The translations under genes were made by a program, and so were the position numbers. The notes under the pieces are model-generated. The model was not told where the DNA came from. It was given only the letters and a program-made list of their open reading frames with translations, and made no database searches. From Octopus sinensis (lineage: Eukaryota): a stretch of DNA of 64,000 nucleotides. This document shows, one piece after another, positions 39,801-51,420 of this stretch. The first letter of the stretch is position 1; the number at the start of each line of letters is the position of its first letter. The stretch covers positions 132,432,001 through 132,496,000 of the forward strand of contig NC_042999.1 of the NCBI RefSeq assembly GCF_006345805.1, read 5' to 3'.

Positions 39801-41274
39801 CTCCCGGCAATGGGCCGAGAGGAAGCTGTCCCTAAAAGGTCGGGCGGAGGTGGCGAAGGCGTACATTGCGTCCGTCATCTACTACTGCCTGACCGTCGTA
39901 CCTTGTTCGTATCTGGACCGTATCCTCTTCCGCTTCTTGTGGAAAGGAAGCGTTCCGATGGTCAGGCGATCCATTTGCTGCCAACACCCGATGAAAGGAG
40001 AGCTAGGCATGCCGTGGTTGATGATGCCCAGACGCACAGAGACTGCGATATTCCCGGCTCCACATAGACGACAGTGGACAAGTGTGGTTGCCGTCTGTGC
40101 GACGCGCTTTCCCGCAGCTCGTCTCCAGGACCTAGCTGCAGTCGTGGATCAAGAAGAGGCTGAGAAAGGGTGAATGTCGCGTTGCTCTGGAGCAACTCTG
40201 CCGCCCGGGTTGACGTTGAGCGACTGCATCTCAACCAAAGCATTCTATAGGACATCAGTGGAGGGGAGGTACGACGACGTTCTCGGGGCGAACTCGACCT
40301 GCCTGTTCAAGGAATACTCGACCTGCCTGTTCAAGACGATTTTCTGGCCGGGACCTATGGACAACTTTCAGAGATCCCTGGCCCGGCAGTGCTATCGAGA
40401 AGCGCTACCCGTTCGGGATAAGCTAATCAGGCACAGCTCGAGAAACACTGGGCCGACCTGCCCGAGATGCGGGCAGAGCGACGAAACCGTTCTGCACGTA
40501 CTCGTGCAGTGTCCAACCATTTCTAAACTGTGGGCTTATGTCGATTGACTGCTGTCACGTGTGGGACGAGTCGGTTTATCAGCCGAGTCTATCGTCAATA
40601 TTGTCGATCCTCCTTCCTCCAAACGAGAAGGAAGAGCTATTTTCATCGTACATGTGGCTATGGCGTAAGAATGTGTCTGTTGGACGCGTCTAAAAGGATT
40701 AGAGACAAACACTTTCCTCTCTGGTCAATATCTCATCAACTTTTTCAAGTATCACTTGAAAAGGAAGGTGAGAGTAGAAAGGCAAGTTTTGTGTAGCGAA
40801 TGTTTCAACAAAAGATGGGTGAATGTAGCAAGGATGGCTCGTGTGAATGACAGAGCCACATTGAGCATGATCCTATGTACCGGAAAAAAACAGTTACATC
40901 CTTGTAAATAAATATGTTACTATGTTACATCCTTGTAAATAAATATGTTACTATGTTACAACCTTGTAAATAAATATGTTACTATGTTACATCCTTGTAA
41001 ATAAATATGTTACTATGTGACATTATTGCCCGAGGTAACCGTGATCTTTTGTAGGTTTTTCTTTCCACGGATAAACCTCACCAACTTTTAGGAACTTTTT
41101 GTATTACTTCGATTTTTTTTGTATATCCCAAACGATTTCGATCCCTTTTGATCGTTGTCCCTAATTTTATTTTTTTTTCTATATATTTTGTTTTGTTCCC
41201 CCCCCCTCGTAAAGAAAAACTCTACATTGTATCTGTCCCCTCTATGTTTAGCTCTGTGTGGCCAATAAAGAAAG

Positions 41275-41276
<2 letters not shown>
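36890..41276 (+). mobile_element. L1/Tx1-clade LINE, near full length and degenerate (ORF1 knuckle, APE, RT, C-terminal Cys motif), followed by (ATCT)n
   Basis: 'RPRCYLCNS' in ORF1; 'IAISETRL', 'AVYAP'; 'PGLDGLPYE', 'LLNADLKILAKVLAKRL', 'KAFDRVEH', 'RQGCPL', 'AYADDVT'; 'CPRCGQSDETVLHVLVQC'. Confidence 0.92.
40893..41016. repeat. 31-bp minisatellite x4 in the LINE 3' UTR
   Basis: 'gttacatccttgtaaataaatatgttactat' starting at 40893, 40924, 40955 and 40986. Confidence 0.95.
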
Positions 41277-41347
<71 letters not shown>

Positions 41348-41999
41348 CTTACATACACACACGTCCGCGCACATATGTTCGAGACTGTGTATGTTTTCAA
41401 ACATACAAAGTCCGATGGAACAATTCAATTTGAACTTTCCAAAATTTTATTTTTGAATGATCGTAATCTTTGATGTCTAACAATGTTCAAATGAGTGAAT
41501 CTGGGAAACCTTTCGAAAATATTTCAAAACGAAAAAACAAAAAAAATTACGGATAATAGGGAGGGAGAAATTAAAACATTAAAATGTAGAATTTCAGTTT
41601 TTGTTTTTATTTGTTGGATCACAATTTCACTTGTTTCATACATAAAACAGAAAGTTCTATCGAATGAAAGTCAAAATAAATAAATTTAAACACACACACA
41701 CACAAATCAAATTATGAAAAAAGATTATTTTTTCAAAATTATAGTGTACATATTTTCAGACGCACATACACATACATATGTATTTATTTATGTATGCATG
41801 ACCAACATTGAGATCTTACGCAGGCACCGGGGAGATTTTACAGCCGGTAAGTCTTGCTGCAGACATTCACGCAATCCAGAATGTGCCAGTGACCTGAACG
41901 TGGATGATTCTAAGTAGCTTTATATTTATTCTGTTGCCTCAAGTAAGTATCGGTTATCACTAGGTCTAACTCTCTACACAACTGTAAGAAGACTAGACC

Positions 42000-42370
42000 A
42001 TTTGCGCTTCACTTCTATGCTGAGCCATAGTTCAAAATCACGTTTGACACGAGCATGGTGCGAGAATACTTCCACTGGCAAAAATAACGAGTTTCGAATC
42101 CATGATCACGAAACACTAGCTTAAATGGTCTGGTCATCTTGACAGCTTTGAGGACATCTGCGTGCGAAAAAACAGGTGCTGCACGATGAAGTGGGGCAAA
42201 GAAAACGTCCCCTGTGCAAGCCACTCAAGTGTTTCAAAGACAACCTTAAAGACGCACTTTAAAAATAAAATCAGTATCGACACTAACTCTTGGGAAGAAT
42301 GCATCAGACAGGGGGCTGTCAAGGAATTTGATTGCTACAAATTTGAAACAGTACTGGAACAACAGGTTTG
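42000..42370 (+). mobile_element. RTE (BovB-like) LINE C-terminal remnant
   Basis: 'LKWSGHL..KQVLHDEVGQRKRPLCKPLKCFKDNLK' read across frames. Confidence 0.65.
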
Positions 42371-42593
42371 CGTCCACTGAGTTGAAATATGCTGATAAAT
42401 ATGCTAACAATTATTATTATCATTATTACAGTGGTATTAGTAGTTTACAGTTGTCAGTGGTTCAACGGTTATCATTGTTAGGAGTGCTTAAGTACTTAAA
42501 TTGCGTTGATTGTGGCCACTACAACCGCAATCACAGCTACTATTGTTACTGGTAGTCACCATTAGTAGCATCATCATCATCATTATCCTCACC

Positions 42594-42654
<61 letters not shown>

Positions 42655-43139
42655 TTTATAATTATTGTAACTTTCTCTTCCATCCACCTTAACTCACAAG
42701 TTTGCCTTGAACGGGTGTTGCGAATGTAAAAAAGGCGCTTTAGTCTTGCAAGGAATCTGGCAACCTCTCCAATGTTGGTGCCATGTCAACACCCCGCCAT
42801 ATTCTCTTATGTGAGGATGTTAAGAGAATTCAGCCATAGAAATAATGGTAAACAAGGACTGTTTGGGTAAGATGTGTCCTCTTGACATGTCTAGGAGAGT
42901 ATTAAAAATATTTTTGAATTTAACTCTTGTCAGGGTTAACCTCAATTTCCAACTACTCGTGATTAATGAAGTAGGTAAAATAAATACATTCCAATAAATT
43001 TTCTGTAGCTTATACATGCAGCTTAAATCTTCGTAGATTCGTCATACGAACTTAGCCGGACGAACTAGATTCATGGGATCTTACGAAACTGGAAGTTTCA
43101 AAGAGCTGTATCAAACTGTTATTAATAAATAACAGCGTT

Positions 43140-43216
<77 letters not shown>

Positions 43217-43719
43217 TCATCATCATCATCATCATTATTATTATCATCATCATCATTATTATTATTATTATTATTATTAATATTATTATTATTGTTATCA
43301 TTATTATTATTATCATTATTATTTCATCACAAAATCAAGGTTTTTAAACACACACACACGGCGCACAAACCACACACACACATACACACATGTCCCAATT
43401 ATCTGTACGACTCCTGATTAATAGCTATGTACAGAACGCTTCAACCAAATGTAAATTTTGTATTATTTGATCCTTTTTATGAAAAATCTCTAAAAGGACG
43501 TTTCTTACGTGTTCCATATGTACAATTTTGTGACCCCTCTCATTAAACGAAACGTGTAAAGATAAATAAATGATATCAAGAAAAGGTTGCACGCTCCTGT
43601 TTTCGCACAAACATGTGTATGTATGTATGTATGTATGTATGTATGTATGTATGTATGTATGTATGTATGTATGTATGTATGTATGTATGTATGTACGTAC
43701 GTAAAATGTACATTCATTC

Positions 43720-43930
43720 AAAATGTGACCGCATGTGTACCGTTGGCGATTTTTTCCTCCGTCTTCCCTTCTTTGGATCTTTCCTTTTCCTATGTTTCTG
43801 ACGAAGATTTCCGCTCGAAACGTTAAACCCTCCTTCTTTTCTTCTTTCCTGAGCGTCCAATAATACTATACCTGTTCCACGTCTTCGCGTTGTTGTGTTT
43901 TCTCTTTGTGGTTTCATGTTTGGATTAACT
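43720..43930 (+). mobile_element. Penelope-type pLTR-like fragment
   Basis: Same family as 46620-46798 and 52511-52601 ('cttctttcctgagcgtccaataatact..gttccac'). Confidence 0.6.
43794..43828 (+). ncRNA. Minimal type I hammerhead motif
   Basis: GUUU-CUGACGA-A GAUU UCC GCUC-GAAA CGU U|AAAC; canonical core, palindromic ACGU stem III, weakened stem II. Confidence 0.6.
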
Positions 43931-44467
43931 ATGTATGTACGTACGTACGTTCGTACATAAGAGATCCAAGGATATAAAAGTAGGAAGATTGTAAGATTCG
44001 AGCAGTCCTTGGTAGGCATAAAACAACGTTCAGGAACAAGAGCAAAAATAATTTATTGTTGTCGAAGGTTGCTGGCTTTTTTCATATCGAGGTTCGATAA
44101 GCTGCAAAAAAATTTTATAGCTCACGCTTAGCAGCTTCAGTTGGTATGAATGAGAACAATAACCCAAATTGAAGGAGTGGAGCAGGTAAAATCCAGGCTC
44201 CATAAATTTCTTAAAACTATCAGATCCTCTGATATAATAATTACTCAACGTGGGGTACCCAGCTACCCACTCGTTAGGTTGAAGATACGTTAGTTGTGTA
44301 AAGGTTACATTATCGATAAGGAATCACAATGTAGCTCGTAGGAAGATATAATTTAAAACTTTAAGATTATACCTTCTGTGACTTAACTCGAAATTCTTTA
44401 ACGTTAATATAAATAGCTGATTACCTCTCTTTGAGTAATTATTATACCAGTGCATTTGCTACAATAG

Positions 44468-44502
<35 letters not shown>

Positions 44503-44739
44503 TTAGAGACAGGTATTCTCCATATAGAAGACACCACGTAATGCTCAAGAGATTTAGCCTTTAGCAGGTAGAGGAGTAAATGTAAGGACAAGCAATTTAA
44601 GCAAGTCGATATACAAAAACTATTAAATACATTTAATCCAAAAATGTACATATGTTTACATATAAAAAGGTCCGGTTACACAGAATAGAAATGATATCAG
44701 GAATTAAAGGGGTTTCAACCCTTTTAATTCCTGATAACA

Positions 44740-45060
44740 TTTCTATTCTGTGTACGTTGAGGGAACTTGATTACGAAGTTCTTCCTCGCCAAGCTTATTC
44801 CTCAGACCTTTCTCCTACCGACTACCATTTTTTCAAGCACCTTGATGGTTTCCTTCGAGAGAAGGGGTTCAAAAATCAAACCGATGCTGAAAGTGCGTTC
44901 AAAGAGTTCATCAGCTCCAGGACTTCAGATTTTTATGTTTCTGGAATAAACAAACTTGTAACTCGTTGGCAAAAATGTGTTGATTGTAATGGCACTTTCT
45001 TTGATGACTAAAATTTCCGCATTGTATGTAAATGAATTTCATGTTTGAAAACGTTGCTCT
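44740..45060 (+). mobile_element. Mariner transposase C-terminal remnant
   Basis: 'YSSDLSPTDYHFFKHL..GINKLVTRWQKCV..G.FFD'. Confidence 0.88.
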
Positions 45061-45163
45061 CAGCCTGACATATCGACTTGTTTAACTTGCTTGTCCTTAC
45101 ATTTACTCCAATATATATATATATCTGTGTGTGTGTGTGTGTGTGTGTGTGTATACATACACG

Positions 45164-45216
<53 letters not shown>

Positions 45217-45314
45217 GCATGTATGTATGTATATATGTATGTATTTATATATATACATACATTCATACATACATACATACATACATACATACATACATAC
45301 ATACATACATACAA

Positions 45315-45417
<103 letters not shown>

Positions 45418-45501
45418 AAAATATAGATGTGTGCAGATTATACCGACATAGCAAGGTACCTCAATTCAAGTACCTAATTCAACTGAATCTTAATTATATT
45501 T

Positions 45502-45596
<95 letters not shown>

Positions 45597-45600
<4 letters not shown>

Positions 45601-46192
45601 GCCCTGATGCAGTACCAATGCCCTGATGCAGTACCAATGCCCTGATGCAGTACCAGGCAGTGGCTCTCGTGGCTTCTGATCTTAACTGATTGGAAGTGTT
45701 ATCATGTACATTGTTTTGTCTTGGTATAAAAGATGGGCTACAGCAAATATTCTGTTCAATACCACAGATTTGCTTGTCAGTTGTTTGACCTTAACCAGTT
45801 GAGCATGTCCCTTAGTGGCTGACGATATGTGCATCTCTGATCCCGAGCAGAAGTAGTGGGGGAGCATCATAGCCATGTGTTGAGAGGGATTCTTTGGGGT
45901 TGGAATAAATCACCTCTGGAAACATGGGTGTTTCATTCAACATCCTTAAAAAACCCTTATTCAGGGACCTTTTGAGTGGGATGGGCTACTCGACCTGAAG
46001 AAAATTCTAACTGGGCCCCACCTGCAAGGTCATGTGCTGTTTATCTTGATATGAGATTACCATGTCGCGCACATATGGTTGTGATGCATGTGCCTAGTGT
46101 ACCCTTATCAGACGGGTAGTTATGATGGGTATACTGGGCTTCATATATTTTACCCTAGTGTCACTTTGATGGCATGAACTGCTCTCTCACTC
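45597..46192. mobile_element. ~590-bp non-coding interspersed repeat inserted in (AAT)n; starts with a 19-bp unit x3
   Basis: Homologous to 56011-56508; 'atgccctgatgcagtacca' at 45599, 45618 and 45637. Confidence 0.8.
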
Positions 46193-46251
<59 letters not shown>

Positions 46252-46665
46252 AAAGTGAGGGTACGATAATTACCTGTTTGCTTGAAAGTGGAGGGAAAAC
46301 TCTCCAAAATCATGGATTTCTCATTATATGTAAACACGCGCGGAGAATATAGCAAATATATTTCTCCGAAACAGTCCTCCTACTTGTAAGATACATATAG
46401 TAAAATACAAATAAGATAGACATAAGATAGACATTCTGGTATCAATTAATATCGCTTTGTGGGTTGAGTCATCAGTGAAAGTTCGTCAGCCAGACTTAGA
46501 GTACCCTGACTTTCTATTATTATATATTTTGCCTATTTGAATAATGTTTGCTGGCCGCTTTTTCGTTATTTTTTATAGATAATGATACCTTATTTGAGGA
46601 TATATATAAATATATAAATATTTTTTTCCTCTGTCTTCCCTTCTCGGGATCTTTCCTTCTCCTTT

Positions 46666-46700
46666 GTTTCCGACGAAGAGCTCCGCTCGAAACGTTAAAC
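46666..46700 (+). ncRNA. Minimal type I hammerhead motif (U4C core variant)
   Basis: GUUU-CCGACGA-A GAGC UCC GCUC-GAAA CGU U|AAAC; perfect 4-bp stems I and II. Confidence 0.55.
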
Positions 46701-46797
46701 CCTCCTTCCCTTCTTTCCTGAGCGTCAAATAATACTTTAATTGTTCCACGTCCTCGCGTTGCTGTGTTTTTTTCTGTGTTTTCTTGTTTGGACTAAC

Positions 46798-46843
<46 letters not shown>

Positions 46844-47751
46844 AGTGTATGTACATACAAGCGCGCGCATATATTTGTGAGCGGGTGTGTTTTAAAACGT
46901 ACCAAATTAGAAGAAACTATTGAATTTGTGAGAATTATATTTTTGCATAATCGTAATCATTGACACCTAAATCTAGTTAAAGGAGTGAATCTGGGAAACG
47001 TTTTGAAGAAAATGCTGAAAGCAAAAAACTTACAGAAATAAGGGATGGAGACAATAGAATTAAAATATCAAAATTTGGAATTAATTTTTTTGTTATTTAC
47101 TCACTCACAATCTTGCTTGTTTAATTACGTAAAACATGAAAAAATTTCGAAGAAAAGTCAAATAAAAACAAAACAAATTTGAAAAGTAAAAGAAATCAAA
47201 TACTACAACAGGAATAATTTTTTTTTCCAAAATCATAATCACCATTTTATTAAACAAATTGTTAGAAATTACAGGTTTTAGCGAACTAAATAGTATCGAA
47301 TCGAATCATTTCAATATGATTATCACACACACACACATTGGTATTTAACAGTGGAACCCAGGTTTACTAAAACTGATAAAATAGTGCAACAATAATGGGT
47401 TAACAAAACCCTTCGACTCTTTCTATCCAAAGAGTTCTTGAAACTAATACATGTGCTATATTTTTTCATAGATCTATCTATTTTGAGTACCACCATTAAA
47501 ACGAATTATTTCACGCCTCTCGATGTTTTAAATTCTTATGACCTATGTATATATCTCCATTTGCAACGTCCGTTTACGCAAAAATTCTGAAAGGAAAATC
47601 ACGTAATATTTGCGTTTTTAGGCATTGGGGAGGCACTTCCCCAGAATTGCATCAACAAAGGCTAGCTATTACATTGTGGCATATATGTATATATAGTGTT
47701 GAAAGGAAGAAAATGGAGAATTAATGAGGACCTGACATCCTCGAATTGATT

Positions 47752-47815
<64 letters not shown>

Positions 47816-47817
<2 letters not shown>

Positions 47818-48611
47818 TTATCCGTAATAATGAAGGGTGAAATTAATTAATTTGGAATAATTATCAATTACACCAAGTAGTCTTCGGCATGTAAAAGCCT
47901 CATTCGAGGAAAATTTAAGTAATACTAAGCAATAAAGGGTTTAGCAACGAATTGCCTTACCACATACCGAATTTAGAAATAGCAGTCAAAGAGTTATAGC
48001 TATTTCTTCTACTAAAAAGGGAGATCTCAGTAAAAACAGCAATTGGAAGGCAGACACAAACAGGTAAGAGAGAATGAATTGACGGCAATCTATCATACAA
48101 TTTTAAGTTATCTACGGACGTACGTTTCGAAATCAAGTTTTTAGGAAAGCATAAGAATTAATATTAAATAATTCTATCTTACCAAAAACTTCTTTTCTCT
48201 TCAGCGTAGAATACTATAATCATAAATGATTATATATTGAATTTTGAGATACTAGAAGGCACCAACTCAACTCAGTATCAGAGCGAGCTAGAATCCGCAA
48301 CTAGTATCACCAAATTCAATGTGTGAATGAAAAGATTGTGTCACCAGCCCCTTCCCACCCGCGTGTAGCCAAAACAAGATGCTGTGGTCATCTACTGAGA
48401 TAAAATATGGTTATCCGTAATAATAAAGGGTGAAATTAATTAATTTGGAATAATTATCAATTACACCAAGTACCTGTTTGTGTCTGCCTTCCAATTGCTG
48501 TTTTTACTGAGATCTCCCTTTTTAGTAGAAGAAATAGCTATAACTCTTTGACTACTATTTCTAAATTCGGTATGTGGTAAGGCAATTCGTTGCTAAACCC
48601 TTTATTGCTTA

Positions 48612-48615
<4 letters not shown>
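47816..48615 (-). mobile_element. Hammerhead-bearing element (1.1 monomers plus inverted 145-bp end), relative of the 58.2-60.1 kb array
   Basis: ~60-bp direct repeat with period 593; 48471-48615 is the reverse complement of 47922-48066; (TA)n on both sides. Confidence 0.85.
48111..48210 (-). ncRNA. Type I hammerhead ribozyme (family 1, diverged copy)
   Basis: UCUACG-CUGAAGA-GAAA..UUUC-GAAA CGUACG UC|CGUAGA. Confidence 0.85.
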
Positions 48616-48656
<41 letters not shown>

Positions 48657-49761
48657 AACACACAAACACACACACACACATGTATGTATGTATGTATGTA
48701 TGTATGTATGTATGTATGTATGTATGTATGTATGTATGTATGTATATATATATATGTATATATATAACAGACAGCTACATAAATGTATACATATATGCAT
48801 ATATAGATTATTTTAATGTGTCATTATGATTATTCTATTATGCAGCCACATGAAAGTACTATGTCTTATGGAACTGTGTCTCACCCCGTTAATAGCAAAT
48901 ACAAAATTCATCTTATGAATTACACTCCACTAATCTTGGAATTGCCAATGCAAATCCAAATACTTTCTCGTGAAAACGTACTCTCCTTGAGGCATGATAA
49001 AAAGAAATTAGTACCAAAGATCCCCGTAATACTTCAGATCCCCAGCGAACACAATTTTAAATTATTTAGTAATTTCTTCCAATTTACTGATGTGTACATC
49101 TGACTGAAAAGCGGGTGAATGGAATTATGATGATGTATAATCCTTTTTACTGTAGATATGATAAACATAAATCGGGCTCTACACAACACTTCTAACGCTA
49201 AAGTATATTGAATAACTATGTTTTTGCACTACAAAACAAACACAAACATCATGCTACAGCTTCACTAGAGCTGAGCACCCTCACTTTACACAAATATTAC
49301 ATAAACATGTAATGAAGAGGTCATTGGAAAATAATTCAGAGCCAACAAAACAGTCTACTTAGAAGCAAACATCGAGAGACTGGAATATGTAATAAACTAT
49401 TGTGTAAAGGATCGTGGGGATGGTCAGAACAATGCGAAGTAAATGCAAGGCAAATCACAAAAATTAATGCTTCATAGTGATTATTTCATTAGAATATACT
49501 ATGTTTGATGGAAAGCATAAAATAATACAATACAAGCAGAAGCAGAAACAACGAAGGATAATTTTTTTAAAGATCAAAAAACGTTTAAATTACACGATTG
49601 TTTCCAACTATTTATACAATGATGTCAGAAAGCTGCAAATATGGGAAACGGCAATGAATTCCATCACGTTGTTTGAAATGGATTTAATGCAAAGGAATAC
49701 ATTTTATTGCAAGCAAGAACATCTATGTAAATTTAAAATACAATTAGAAAATACTTTGATA

Positions 49762-49902
49762 TTAATCATCAGAACATTCCAAAATACAACAATCAATAAT
49801 TCTTGCATCAATATATAATTCTGATGTTGCATTGTTAAAGCCTACATTGACACAATGAAACGAGCCTTCACTTTTACAATCTATCAAAGTACAAGATTGC
49901 TG
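49762..49902 (-). CDS. 3' end (46 aa plus stop) of a diverged third paralog of the Sushi gene, truncated by the assembly gap
   Basis: Translates QQSCTLIDCKSEGSFHCVNVGFNNATSELYIDARIIDCCILECSDD*, an ungapped 21/46 match to RKSCNYNKCQYYANARCVQLGFNNATSEMYISAKTTNCCAMQCYDD* with all 6 Cys aligned. Confidence 0.85.
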   Translation of the reverse strand, partial: QQSCTLIDCKSEGSFHCVNVGFNNATSELYIDARIIDCCILECSDD

Positions 49903-50002
49903 NNNNNNNNNNNNNNNNNNNNNNNNNNNNNNNNNNNNNNNNNNNNNNNNNNNNNNNNNNNNNNNNNNNNNNNNNNNNNNNNNNNNNNNNNNNNNNNNNN
50001 NN
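49903..50002. other. Assembly gap (100 N)
   Basis: Run of exactly 100 N, probably a placeholder of unknown true size. Confidence 0.98.
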
Positions 50003-51420
50003 TAGATATGCTCAATCCCTTTCCTGAAACAATAAACAAAAACACCCTACTAGTACCCTTCGATGTAGTCAACCTCTATTCCAATATCTTCCACAACCTA
50101 GGAGTAGAGGCGATTCAGTTCTGGCTAGAGAATTACCCACATCGCATGAAAAAAGAATTCGTGATAGAAGGGCTAAAATTTATCTTGGAGAATAACTATT
50201 TCGTCATCAGTGACAACTTCTATTGACACAAAAAAAGCGGGGACTGCGATGGGTACGAGAATGGCCCCCTCCTTTGCTAACCTAGTCATGGGATATCTAG
50301 AAATTATTTTTATCGTAAGGCGCTAGAAAAATACGGCAACCCATTCTACCTCTACATAGAAAATAACTGGAAGAGACACCTGGATGACTGTTTATTTCTT
50401 TGGCATGAAAGTATAGAGAGACTTAGAGAAATTCAAGCACTTATAAATGGACTTAATGTAAACATTCAATTCACGATGGAATATGGCCATCAACAACTTC
50501 TCTTCCTCGACATCCTCATTAAGAGAAAGATATATATACTATATACTCACGGACTCCAATCAATATCTACCGTTCAACTCATGCCACCCAGACACACCAG
50601 AATGAATATTTTCTTCAATCTAGCAAAAAATGATCGCTACTGTAGTTTCTAATGCAAGCACCAGGGACACACGACTCATCACCAGGAACTACTCACCTTC
50701 ACTATTTAACATATACTTTCAACGTGTCCTACAACTCAACATCCACGAACCCAGACATCCCAAATTAAAGAAGGATTTACAACCAAAACCCCTACCATAC
50801 ATCTCCACACACAACACTCTTGACAACGAAGCCTTCGACACCATCCTTCAAAACATTCTCCTGCTGAAAATGAATAACAGAATAAACTTAATCCTCCAAA
50901 CACACACCATCATAAAAAGCAAGAGACAGTCCGAATCCATGAAAAGTCTTCCTAACACAAGCCCGAATACGCTCAACAACAACACTAAAGCCGTCAGTAA
51001 AAAATGCAGAAGACCCAACTGTCAATTTAATTGAGGGATCAGAGTTCTCCTTCAAAGAAGGACAACGTGTCACAGTGAAAAGCAGCTTCACATGTGCTTC
51101 GGAGAGCCTGATATGCGCACGAACCTGCTCTGAGTGTCAAGAGCAATACTTAGTCCAAACGAAAAGCGGTCGACGTCAAAGGATGGATCTATACAGATCG
51201 AAGATCAAAATTCCGAAAAACAGAAAAATAGCATTCAGTCAACACATCAACATTTGCGCCAATAACAAAAATTCAAGCTTCAGAATGTTCCCCCTCTATC
51301 AATACAGGGGCGATACAACCTGTAGCCAACGAATTAGTAGAGTCGTTCTTTATCACAAAATACAAACCCCTTTTGAACGCATCTACAACAAATGACATAT
51401 CCACCACGACCTTAAAATAG
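50003..51420 (+). mobile_element. Penelope-like element remnant (RT plus GIY-YIG endonuclease), frameshifted
   Basis: 'LVPFDVVNLYSNI', 'FILENNYF', 'GTAMGTRMAPSFANLVMGYLE', 'WKRHLDDCLFLW', 'NIQFTME..FLD'; 'SLICARTCSECQEQYLVQT..R' is a degenerate GIY-YIG. Confidence 0.85.

Noticed and set aside
40893-41016. 31-bp repeats as a possible CRISPR-like array (likewise the 19-bp x3 at 45599)
   Set aside because: Head-to-tail with no spacers, in eukaryotic retroelement context, and no cas genes.
49855-50226. 123-aa plus-strand ORF spanning the gap
   Set aside because: An artefact of reading through Ns; the left part is antisense to paralog 3 and the right part is Penelope RT.
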